Of a DNA stretch of 35,795 nt, positions 27,142 to 35,392 are shown in pieces (position 1 is the first letter of the stretch; each line of letters begins with the position of its first letter). Both the position numbers and the translations under genes were made by a program. The DNA is from a virus. The stretch lies in UHGV virus genome UHGV-0238106. One strand, given 5' to 3'. The notes beneath the pieces are model-generated. The model made no database searches and was not told the DNA's origin. It was given only the letters and a program-made list of their open reading frames with translations.

Positions 27142-27640
27142 TATATTTCCCCCTAATAAAATTATTTATTACTTCATTTGACGACCCATTAAACTCGGTT
27201 TTATTCCCAATATTTGGGGTCGTTGAAAGTTTTACAGAGTTTTGAGATGATGTCATATATTGAGGGTTTTCTTTACTATATTCTTCAAAAGCACTCTTAA
27301 AATCTTTTTGCTCATCAGTTTTATTTAATACTTCACTTGTGACAAAATCTAAAAATTTTTCATCTATGCCATTTTTAAGTGCATATAATTTATATTCATT
27401 AGATTTACCAGCTTCATAAAGTTTATATAACTCATCGTTTTTAGTTTTAAGAGCTTCCAATTGTTTCTCAATATCGGAATATTTTGAATTTTCTTCTGCT
27501 TTTTCTTCAAGTTTTCTTTTCAAGTCTGAGAATTCAGCAATTGTCTTGTATTCTGAAGCTATTTTTTTATTAAGCCTCTTTCTTGCTTCTTCTCCAACTT
27601 CTATTCCCTCAGATTCTAGCATTTTAAAAATTCCTTCCAT
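27134..27640 (-). CDS. Capsid scaffolding protein
   Basis: Coiled-coil, acidic 168-aa ORF directly upstream of the capsid gene; ends INNFIRG. Confidence 0.75.
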   Translation of the reverse strand: MEGIFKMLESEGIEVGEEARKRLNKKIASEYKTIAEFSDLKRKLEEKAEENSKYSDIEKQLEALKTKNDELYKLYEAGKSNEYKLYALKNGIDEKFLDFVTSEVLNKTDEQKDFKSAFEEYSKENPQYMTSSQNSVKLSTTPNIGNKTEFNGSSNEVINNFIRGKYNG

Positions 27641-27658
27641 TTTACCTCTCCTAATCTT

Positions 27659-27770
27659 AAATTTTTTTATACTGTACTTTCTACAGTGCGGATTTTACTC
27701 TGCATATTATTTTACAACTAAAATTTTTTATACTGTACTTTCTACAGTGCGGTTGCACTATTATTCTACA
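27659..27770. repeat. Imperfect ~61-bp tandem duplication upstream of the scaffold gene
   Basis: TTTTTTATACTGTACTTTCTACAGTGCGG occurs at ~27663 and ~27724. Each copy contains the hairpin ACTGTA-N5-TACAGT. Confidence 0.8.
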
Positions 27771-27815
27771 TATTTATAATATCAAAATCAACATACTATT
27801 TTTTACATTCAGTAT

Positions 27816-28550
27816 TTATTTATTAAGTTTGTACACTTTGCCTTGCCACAAATCATGCGATAAATATTCTGGTACAGGGTTGTCTATATGTCTTGCTCCC
27901 ATATGAGCACTAACTAAAACATATTCGAATCCATTTTCTAAAGCTCTTTGATAATTCATTTCGCCAACGCATTTATTTACTCCCGTATGTATGGTGCGTC
28001 TTACATATGATTCAATACTTTCATTTCTTCCATTAATGTTTTTTACAGTAATACCTTTTTTACCAATATCATTTATAACTTCTTTTATAACTTCTGATTG
28101 TGACTTCATACCTGATACGACCGAATAATGCACTTTATCCATTGAAGCTATTAGCGTATTATATGATGAATCTACTATCCTATCACCAAAATTTGAAAAT
28201 TCATTTTTTGTAGAAATAAGATTTGAATTAATAATTTCAAGAATTAAATAATTTATAAAAAAATCATCATTTTTTGAGCTTATTTTATTTAAGAAATTTA
28301 TGTCCTCTATACCTGCTTCTTTAAAAATCCTGTCAATTTCATTATTGCTTTTTTTAGTTATTGACTTTATTTTTTTCTTTATTTCTATTAAATGGATTCC
28401 TGCTTCCTGCATCCTATATATTCTATATTTAGCCGTTTCGGTTATAACATCATTTTTGATTATTCTTTTTACTATATCATTTATAGCCCAAGTATTTATA
28501 TCTTCATAAATGTCAATCAACCTATCTTCTTTATTCGTTAGATCAACCAT
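27816..28550 (-). CDS. Phage minor capsid protein, N-terminal half (split gene)
   Basis: Follows the portal gene. IESYVRRTIHTGVN...VLVSAHMGARH...SHDLWQGKVYKLNK* stops before the GLCGWNCRH motif. Confidence 0.82.
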   Translation of the reverse strand: MVDLTNKEDRLIDIYEDINTWAINDIVKRIIKNDVITETAKYRIYRMQEAGIHLIEIKKKIKSITKKSNNEIDRIFKEAGIEDINFLNKISSKNDDFFINYLILEIINSNLISTKNEFSNFGDRIVDSSYNTLIASMDKVHYSVVSGMKSQSEVIKEVINDIGKKGITVKNINGRNESIESYVRRTIHTGVNKCVGEMNYQRALENGFEYVLVSAHMGARHIDNPVPEYLSHDLWQGKVYKLNK

Positions 28551-28552
28551 AA

Positions 28553-30004
28553 CTAATTAATCTCGCCCTCAATAAATCTTATACCCTCATTCGCTGATTT
28601 TTCATTGTCTATCTCTTGAGCTTTTATAGCCGCTTCTTCTTTGCTTATTCCTCTCCATTTAGAAATATAATCAATCCTAGATAGTGTGTCTTGGGCTAAA
28701 TCTTGCCTGTCTTCACTTCTTTCTTGCGACTTGTTTTCAATTATTGAATCATCAAAATCAATATTAATTTGCGATAAATCAAGTTTGAATTTACCAGTTA
28801 ACTCGCCAATTGAGTTAATGGCTTTTATAATTCTAATTAAAGCCGATTCTAGTAATATTTCATGCTTTTTTATTGTTCTGAAAAGTTCTGAATTTTCAGA
28901 AATTACTTCTGTTGCAGTTTTGGCTGACAAAGTTTTTTCATCAAATGCAAAATAATCTCCGCCGAACCCAGTTTTGTCGCCTAAAATTCTAAGTTGAGAA
29001 TTTAAAGATTTTAAATGTTCATCAATTCTAAGGTTTCCGTTTATTTCTTGTATTATGGAATTCTTATTATCTCCCAAAAGTGTAGAATCACCAAGAACAT
29101 GAAAAACAACATCATTAGGATCAAAATTAAGTTGTGGTTCTCCAGTAGTGCTATTGAATCTTAACGCTTCTTTTGTCGCAAAAAGTCGTTTTCTTCCTAA
29201 ATTAATTTCATTGTTTAAACTGTCATAAACAAGATCAATGCCTTTTAATACATCGATAGAGTTAGCAAATATTGAAATTCCGTAAGGAGAATATAAATCA
29301 ATGTTATTAACTATGTTTGGAGAAATTATAGCGAACCACGGAACATTTGTATTAGTCTCAAATTCTTTTAAATACGTCTCAGGGGTTTCAACTATATTAT
29401 TATTTTTATCAATTGTAAATTTGTAATTATATATAGTGTATTTAAGTCTTGGGTTAAGCATATACATTTTCAAAATGCATACTGCCGTACCATCTGACTT
29501 CATATTGTACTCAACTATAGCAAGTTCTTTTATACCATCTTCGTCCCAAGAAATAGGAAATATATTTTCAGCATTTACATAAGAAATTTTGACGTTTGAA
29601 TTATTATAATCAATAACAGACTCATTAACCATAATATCTTCAATGTCTAAAACTATACAACCAGTACCCAAGGCAAACGATTTTTCAATAGCTCTGTTCA
29701 TTTTGAGTTGGAAGTTATTATCATCTAAAACTTTTTGTAATATCTTGGTGCTCTCTTCATTTCCTAAAGTGATTTTAACTTTTTCGTTGTACAATAAATC
29801 AGCCATTTTTTCGCAAATAAACTTAGCCACTTGCAATGATGCGCGTTCCTTTTTTACATCTTTTATGCCATTGTAAATCGTATAATTGTGAAATGAAGCA
29901 TTTTTGCCTTTATACCATGATACCCACAAATTTAAATATTTACTCCAATTCACATATGCATCAGGGTTTAAACCCATTTTCTTTAGTACATTTTCAATGT
30001 TCAT
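28553..30004 (-). CDS. Portal protein (A118/SPP1 type)
   Basis: 483 aa after TerL; SPYGISIFANSID.L..ID..YD....E..LG...KTATEVISENS...IDFDDSII. Confidence 0.9.
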   Translation of the reverse strand: MNIENVLKKMGLNPDAYVNWSKYLNLWVSWYKGKNASFHNYTIYNGIKDVKKERASLQVAKFICEKMADLLYNEKVKITLGNEESTKILQKVLDDNNFQLKMNRAIEKSFALGTGCIVLDIEDIMVNESVIDYNNSNVKISYVNAENIFPISWDEDGIKELAIVEYNMKSDGTAVCILKMYMLNPRLKYTIYNYKFTIDKNNNIVETPETYLKEFETNTNVPWFAIISPNIVNNIDLYSPYGISIFANSIDVLKGIDLVYDSLNNEINLGRKRLFATKEALRFNSTTGEPQLNFDPNDVVFHVLGDSTLLGDNKNSIIQEINGNLRIDEHLKSLNSQLRILGDKTGFGGDYFAFDEKTLSAKTATEVISENSELFRTIKKHEILLESALIRIIKAINSIGELTGKFKLDLSQINIDFDDSIIENKSQERSEDRQDLAQDTLSRIDYISKWRGISKEEAAIKAQEIDNEKSANEGIRFIEGEIN

Positions 30005-30016
30005 TTTATTTCCCCT

Positions 30017-31270
30017 CTATCTATTACTAATTATTAATTTATCTGCAAAATTATTGATACTATACTCGAATGCATCGAGGTAGTCAATTTCAATAGTTCC
30101 ATCGTCTAAACGTGTGTCGATTTTTTTGCTATCCCATATGGAGTTCTCAAAGGCGCAAATTATTCCGCTGCAGTTTTTAAGTATTTTAAGCCTTGATTGC
30201 GCAAATAGTTTACAAGTTAAAGATATTCGGTCCATTATTGTATTTTTAACACAATCATATATATTTATAGGTATCATTTTTTTATAGCATCTATTTTTAA
30301 GCCCAGCAGTCAAAACTTGTCCTAATGCCCCATAATCAGCAAACACCATGTTTGGTTTACCATATGTTTTCAAAACATCTTTGTAAAAATTTTCAAAGCA
30401 ATTGTAAAGCTCTTCAGGGTCATGTATTCCTTTAACGGATTTCTCCATTAATATATAAACCTTTTCAAATCTCTCACTTATTCCCGACGCTATAAATACA
30501 GTTTTACTTTTACTAGCGCCGTAGTCTATCCCTATAGTTATAAATGAAATATTTTCTAAAACCTCATTAGCAATAATATTATTTTTATTATCTACAAAAG
30601 AGCGATATATGAGGCCCTCAGCATTTACCCATTTCCCAAGAATAAACCTATCATAAAACACGCCAGTATATTCTTTTTTCATATTTTCAATGATTTCTTT
30701 CGGTATGGTTTCATTATCATCAAGATAAAAATCCCATATTTTCATGCTTATGTCATTTTGCCTATTAATATAATTTTTCATAAGCCAATGATATGGCGTA
30801 TCTGGGTTAGTTGTTGCTACTAATTTGGCATTTGGCATGGTGAGCCTTGACAATAGCATAGAAAAAAAGTCCTCAGAAAATAGTGTAAGCTCATCACAAT
30901 ATGCCGCTTGTAAGGTCATACCTCTTATTTTGTTTTCTGCCCTTTTATCATTTACACCTTCTAAAAATATTCTTCTTCCAAAAAGTGTAGCCTCTTTTTT
31001 TGAAATAGAAACAGAAAAATCTTCTTTCGGACAAAGTTCTTCAAGCAAGCATAAGCAATTTCGTTTAAGTGATGTCAATGTTTTGCCTACCATTAAAAAA
31101 AGTGCGTTTTTCGGATATTCACACACCATTATAATCCAAGCAATTAGACTTATATATGTTTTTCCGCTACGCACTGAGCCTTGTAATAAATTTATTCTTT
31201 TCGTTTCGTTATTTATAACTTCTAATATAAATTTTTCTTGTTTAGGATTTAGCTTTTCTAACATTGTCAA
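30017..31270 (-). CDS. terL: Terminase large subunit (PBSX family)
   Basis: Walker A GSVRSGKT, Walker B AYCDE, TTNPD.P.HWL, YDRFILGKW..AEG, GIDYG nuclease motif. Confidence 0.93.
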   Translation of the reverse strand: MTMLEKLNPKQEKFILEVINNETKRINLLQGSVRSGKTYISLIAWIIMVCEYPKNALFLMVGKTLTSLKRNCLCLLEELCPKEDFSVSISKKEATLFGRRIFLEGVNDKRAENKIRGMTLQAAYCDELTLFSEDFFSMLLSRLTMPNAKLVATTNPDTPYHWLMKNYINRQNDISMKIWDFYLDDNETIPKEIIENMKKEYTGVFYDRFILGKWVNAEGLIYRSFVDNKNNIIANEVLENISFITIGIDYGASKSKTVFIASGISERFEKVYILMEKSVKGIHDPEELYNCFENFYKDVLKTYGKPNMVFADYGALGQVLTAGLKNRCYKKMIPINIYDCVKNTIMDRISLTCKLFAQSRLKILKNCSGIICAFENSIWDSKKIDTRLDDGTIEIDYLDAFEYSINNFADKLIISNR

Positions 31271-31670
31271 TCACCTTAACTAATGCGTTAAATGATTCAT
31301 TTTGATTGTTTCTTTCAGATTCATCTCTTGGTTCTCTTTGTCCTAAAATTTGTTTCCCTAGCCATATTTGCATGGGAACATTTCCGCTTAACGCACTCTT
31401 AAATTGAGCTCTTCTTAGTGAGTTTTTGGCTATACTTTGACCTTTTTTTTGAGCTCTCGAAAAACGTTCAATATTGTGCTCAGCTTTCAATGTTTCTATA
31501 TCAGCACCAACTATTCCTTCTACTTCATCATCTTTGCACATTACGCTATATAACTTTTCAATTAACTCTTCTCCGTCTTGATTTAATACTAATCTAGGTC
31601 TGCCACCCTTACTTCCACCGCTTGCCTCTTTACGAAAATAAATATTATTCTTTTTCACACTTCTTGCCAT
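31242..31670 (-). CDS. terS: Terminase small subunit
   Basis: GGRPR...SLRRAQFKSAL.GNV.MQIWLGKQ.LGQR; directly upstream of terL. Confidence 0.8.
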   Translation of the reverse strand: MARSVKKNNIYFRKEASGGSKGGRPRLVLNQDGEELIEKLYSVMCKDDEVEGIVGADIETLKAEHNIERFSRAQKKGQSIAKNSLRRAQFKSALSGNVPMQIWLGKQILGQREPRDESERNNQNESFNALVKVIDNVRKAKS

Positions 31671-31688
31671 AAATTAATCCTCCTGGTC

Positions 31689-32069
31689 TTATCTATATAT
31701 TTTCCATATAGCCCATGCGTATTTGTCTCTCGGGTCCCATGTATCATATATTACACCATCTATCATACAGGTTATATGCCCTTGCATTGTTATTAAATAA
31801 GTGCCATTTCTGTATTTTAGGCAAAGTTCCCCGACGGTTATTTTCTCGCCTTTGCATTTATAACATTCGTAATTATACATGGATTTTAAAAATCTATCAA
31901 TAAAAGGCACATCATCTATTAGCAAACATTCCCTGCGTGCATAATCTGACAATATGTCAAAAGATTCATACCAAGTTATCCCATGAGCCATTGCAAAAGC
32001 CCTAACAGTGCAGTCAGATACTTTTAAGCCTTTTGGATTTAGGTTTTTATATTCATACCCCATTTGCAC
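31689..32069 (-). CDS. Hypothetical protein with possible papain-like Cys-His-Asp triad
   Basis: NPKG..VSDCTVRA...GHITCMIDGVIYDTWD. Confidence 0.6.
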   Translation of the reverse strand: MQMGYEYKNLNPKGLKVSDCTVRAFAMAHGITWYESFDILSDYARRECLLIDDVPFIDRFLKSMYNYECYKCKGEKITVGELCLKYRNGTYLITMQGHITCMIDGVIYDTWDPRDKYAWAIWKIYR

Positions 32070-32085
32070 TCACCGCCATTAAAAT

Positions 32086-32163
32086 CTAATCCATCCCAAA
32101 AATTAAAATGAATAATATCAAAAAGAAATATATTAAAGCCCAACAAATGAAATTAAAAAGCAT
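32086..32163 (-). CDS. Possible 25-aa single-pass membrane peptide
   Basis: AAGGTGTGG upstream of ATG; MLFNFICWALIYFFLILFILIFGMD*. Confidence 0.3.
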   Translation of the reverse strand: MLFNFICWALIYFFLILFILIFGMD

Positions 32164-32182
32164 ACCACACCTTATATTTTTA

Positions 32183-32521
32183 CTAAATTTTCACGTCTAT
32201 ATCCTTTTTAAAATTGTCTTCATATTCTTTTATTTTACTATCTATTTGTTTTTTTATTTTATTATACTTTTTCTTTGATGCTTTTTCCTTTTTCTCTTTT
32301 TTTCTCCAAACATAAATCCCTCTTATTGCCCAAAGAAAATATAGTGCAAACAAAACGCCTTGAGAATATTCGCCAATATAAAAGAACCTTACAGAAAAAT
32401 AAGCATTTGAAATAAGCCAAAATAAAAAGCCAACTTTGCTCCTCTCAGCATTTATAATCGTACCTGTAAATGCTATAGCAGACATTAAAACTGATAAAAT
32501 ATCCCAAACCATTTCAAACAA
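32183..32521 (-). CDS. Small PnuC-like three-TM membrane protein
   Basis: GFLFWLISN...YSQGVLFALYF.WAIRGIYVW resembles half of a PnuC nicotinamide riboside transporter; basic C-tail. Confidence 0.6.
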   Translation of the reverse strand: MFEMVWDILSVLMSAIAFTGTIINAERSKVGFLFWLISNAYFSVRFFYIGEYSQGVLFALYFLWAIRGIYVWRKKEKKEKASKKKYNKIKKQIDSKIKEYEDNFKKDIDVKI

Positions 32522-32618
32522 TCCTTTCTAAAAAATCCGAAAGGCATAAAGCTTTCGGAATTTGATTGAAAATAGAAAAATTAACTAAATATATAAATAG
32601 AATGTCTCAACAATTATT

Positions 32619-32647
32619 ATTATACATCATAAAAACAATAATTACAA
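32619..32647 (-). promoter_or_regulatory. Promoter of the leftward packaging/structural operon
   Basis: TTGTAA(32647-32642)-17-TATAAT(32624-32619). Confidence 0.6.
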
Positions 32648-32657
32648 GTAAAAAATT

Positions 32658-32686
32658 AAAAAACAGGCGGAGATACTTCTCCGCCT
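32658..32686 (-). terminator. Intrinsic terminator
   Basis: AGGCGGAGA-AGTA-TCTCCGCCT-GTTTTTT on the minus strand. Confidence 0.8.
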
Positions 32687-32915
32687 AGCTTACGATATAA
32701 TTGATTGAATACAAATCTAACATAAATTATATTATATTCTTTTGAGGTGAATATCAATTCATATCATGTAGAAAATGATGTTACAAAACATAAATTCTTT
32801 GTGCATCTATACAATTTTGATACCGCTCCTCGGCAAGCAGAGGACTCTCATCGAGGAGCATTACATAGATTTAGAGATTCGACTATCGTATCAATATTTC
32901 AGGTATAGGGTACTC
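32660..32915 (-). ncRNA. Candidate ~250-nt small RNA
   Basis: TTGAAA-16-TACAAT promoter (32947-32920). Nested stems CTATAC/GTATAG, TTGATAC/GTATCAA and GCTCCTCG/CGAGGAGC. Ends at a terminator; no credible ORF. Confidence 0.45.
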
Positions 32916-32993
32916 CTCTATTGTACTATATTTCTTTTTGTTTTCAATTGGTATTTTTAACAAATTTTTTCAACTTATTACTCCATCATTTAC

Positions 32994-33160
32994 TTTACAT
33001 TATAGGGGCGTTTTGGTATAATGAAGGTGTTGGAAGATAAAAAAGAATATTTTAATACATAGGTGTTTTGTATCTGGTTATTGTTGGGTATCTTCCAACA
33101 TTAACCCCCGACAATAGTCAGATACAAGGCACTTATTTTTGTGTGTAAAAGGAGAATCGC
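32994..33160 (+). promoter_or_regulatory. Promoter and structured leader (attenuator/pseudoknot) of the HNH-rep2 operon
   Basis: TTTACA(32994)-17-TATAAT(33017). A long G.U-containing stem at ~33060-33135 is followed by a U-tract. Its loop TATCTTCCAACA is complementary to 5' TGTTGGAAGATA. Confidence 0.72.
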
Positions 33161-33165
33161 TTGAA

Positions 33166-33924
33166 ATGATTGATATTGATTATATAAAATCAGTAATTAA
33201 TCCAAAATACGAAGATGAAAGAAAAATTGGTACAGAAGATATTATAAAGTCTGAAATAGTAGAAATTTTAAGAAATGGTTTGATAAGCCAAGTTCCAAAA
33301 TGCTTCAAATGCGTTGAAAATTCGGGACAAAAATTCAAAGTCCTCTCGACATGTAATAAATGCAAAAAGGAAGAAGTTTTATCCGAATTTAGCAAAACGA
33401 AGTTGTTACAATACTTGCACCCAAAGTATTATCAAGAAATCGAAAAAAATATATTATGCCCAAAATGTTATGAATTAAGAAAAGCTGAAGAAGAAGTTCT
33501 AAAAAAGCAACAGGAAGAAAAACATATAAAATTTGAAGAAAGAAGAAAAGAAATAATCGAAAGTAATACGAATTATTTTATTGAAAACTTTTTAGACCAT
33601 AACTGCTCATGGAATCAAGGAGTTACATTACAAGCCAAAGTTAAATATGTAATATATCGTGATTATTTAATTGATGATGAAGTTGTTTGTAAGGTTATAA
33701 ATAACATGACTTATAAAGAATTTTTAGAAACGCCATACTGGTCTGCAATTTCGTTATATGCCAAGTCAAGAGTTAAATTTAAATGCCAATTATGTAATTG
33801 TGGTGACGACTTAAATACTCACCATAAAACTTACGAAAGACACGGATATGAACATTTACCTGATGTTATAAAATCAGATCTGATAGTTTTATGCCAAGAT
33901 TGCCATAGCAAATTTCATGAATAA
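33166..33924 (+). CDS. Zinc-binding HNH endonuclease-like protein
   Basis: Several CxxC motifs; C-terminal YKEFLETPYW...CQLC...LNTHHKTY..HG.E......DLIVLCQDCHSKFH. Confidence 0.8.
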   Translation: MIDIDYIKSVINPKYEDERKIGTEDIIKSEIVEILRNGLISQVPKCFKCVENSGQKFKVLSTCNKCKKEEVLSEFSKTKLLQYLHPKYYQEIEKNILCPKCYELRKAEEEVLKKQQEEKHIKFEERRKEIIESNTNYFIENFLDHNCSWNQGVTLQAKVKYVIYRDYLIDDEVVCKVINNMTYKEFLETPYWSAISLYAKSRVKFKCQLCNCGDDLNTHHKTYERHGYEHLPDVIKSDLIVLCQDCHSKFHE

Positions 33925-33958
33925 TATTTTTCAAGATGATGTAACGGAGGAATAACAT

Positions 33959-34273
33959 ATGCAACAGAATTTTATTGAAAATGAGTTAGTTATACTTACT
34001 AAGCAAACTTTAGATATATTTTTGAAACAAGAAAACCCTGCAGAGCTTATATCCTTGTACACATTTTATTATTATACGGCTAAGTGCCAACAAACAAATC
34101 AAGTTAAATGCACAACGGATTATGTTGCAAAAGGTTTGCACTGGAATAGAAACAAAGTTATAAAAATAAAAAAACAACTCATTGAATTTGGTCTTATTGA
34201 AGATGCAAGAATTGTTGATGAAAACACGAAAAGAGTAACAGGTTACTATATAAATTTGATAAAGGAGAATTAA
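33959..34273 (+). CDS. Winged-HTH protein resembling an isolated initiator N-domain
   Basis: LISLYTFYYYTAK.QQTNQVKCT.DYVAKGLHW...KV.K.KKQLIEFGLIE; GGAGG RBS. Confidence 0.6.
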   Translation: MQQNFIENELVILTKQTLDIFLKQENPAELISLYTFYYYTAKCQQTNQVKCTTDYVAKGLHWNRNKVIKIKKQLIEFGLIEDARIVDENTKRVTGYYINLIKEN

Positions 34274-34276
34274 AAT

Positions 34277-35164
34277 ATGAAGTTTACAATAGAGGGATTT
34301 TCTCAAGAGGCTGCTTTGTCAATGCAAAAAGAAGTAAAAGTAAAAAATAGTAGAGGAAAAGAACAGACAAAAATTTTAATGTTAGACCAAACAGATTTGA
34401 CATTATTGAGATGGTTTGTAGATTTTTACCCTAAAATGAAGAAAAAAATAATAGGAGAAACTCAATATGCATGGGTAAATTATCAATCAATAATTAATGA
34501 TTTGCCACTTTTAAGAATTGAAAAAAGACCAGTTTATAACAGGTTTTCAAAAATGTGCGAATTGGGTATTTTGGTCCATTACCATGATAAGAGTGGTGGA
34601 TCTTACTCTTATTATGGTTTTGGTGAAAAATATAGTCTATTAATAGAAACTAACCCTATAAATTCAAATTCCGAGGGGTATGTATTCAAATACATAGGGG
34701 GTATGTATTCAAATTCCGAGGGGGTATGTATTCAAATTCCGACCAAAGACTCATCTATTAATAACTCATCTATTAATAACTATTGTAGTAAGAAAGAAAG
34801 CAAGAACGCCGAGTACTCAAACGAGCCAAAAAACAGTAGAAAGACATTCAACGAAATAATTGACGATTACACTGAAAATGAGGAATTAAGAAAAGTATTA
34901 AGAGAACACTTAAAAACCAGAAAATTAAAAAGATCCAGTTTAACCAATCAAGCTATAATTTTAGGTCTTAAAAAATTAGATACTTTAGCAAATACTGATG
35001 AAGAAAAAATTCTAATCGTGCAGAATTCAATTGTGAACGGTTGGACTGAATTCTTTGCGCTAAAAAAATCCGAAAACCGCTCAAAAAAATCGAAGCAAGA
35101 ACCCCAATCGTATTCGATCGAAGATTTTGCTTCGTACAACATATTTGATAGTATGGAAGAGTAG
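34277..35164 (+). CDS. Second phage replication initiator (Rep2)
   Basis: MKFTIEGFSQ...D.TDL.LLRWFVDF...YAWVNYQ....DLPLL winged-helix N-terminus, iteron-bearing linker, C-terminal L.EHLK.RK....LT..A....L.KL...IVQNSIVNGW..FF.LK. Confidence 0.8.
   Translation: MKFTIEGFSQEAALSMQKEVKVKNSRGKEQTKILMLDQTDLTLLRWFVDFYPKMKKKIIGETQYAWVNYQSIINDLPLLRIEKRPVYNRFSKMCELGILVHYHDKSGGSYSYYGFGEKYSLLIETNPINSNSEGYVFKYIGGMYSNSEGVCIQIPTKDSSINNSSINNYCSKKESKNAEYSNEPKNSRKTFNEIIDDYTENEELRKVLREHLKTRKLKRSSLTNQAIILGLKKLDTLANTDEEKILIVQNSIVNGWTEFFALKKSENRSKKSKQEPQSYSIEDFASYNIFDSMEE
34662..34780. repeat. Iteron-like repeats inside rep2 (putative origin)
   Basis: AGGGG(G)TATGTATTCAAAT(T/A)C x3 plus a partial copy (34662-34742); ACTCATCTATTAATA x2 (34749-34778). 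Confidence 0.78.
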
Positions 35165-35302
35165 TGACTGTTCCGAATACTCATACATCGTCAAAAAAGT
35201 ATCAAATTCAAACTTTTTTGATGATTTGATGTAATTTAACATTTGGAGGAAAACTCTCCTAAAAAATTAAATTACAGCCATTAATATAAATTGCAAAATG
35301 TA

Positions 35303-35332
35303 AAAGCATGACGTGTCCTTTTGTCATGCTTT
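35303..35332. terminator. Hairpin/terminator between the convergent rep2 and VRR-NUC genes
   Basis: AAAGCATGAC-N10-GTCATGCTTT. Confidence 0.65.
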
Positions 35333-35392
35333 CGGAAAAATTTTGCAAAATATAAGTTTATTATAACTCGTATTTTCAAAATGTCAATAGGT

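Noticed and set aside
2072..34646. CTATTAATAG palindrome shared by the rep1 leader (twice) and the rep2 iteron region as a cross-regulatory site
   Set aside because: It is a 10-bp AT-rich word in an AT-rich genome, and two of the copies are the arms of one hairpin, so the support is insufficient.
34662..34780. CRISPR array (also considered for 1505-1584 and 27659-27770)
   Set aside because: The repeats are directly tandem without unique ~30-nt spacers, the two rep-associated sets lie inside coding sequence, and there are no cas genes.
751..35184. Numerous short ORFs antisense to long genes (e.g. 751..960, 1154..1396, 21218..21691, 30825..31283, 34948..35184)
   Set aside because: Shadow ORFs opposite well-supported genes, with no RBS or recognisable motifs.
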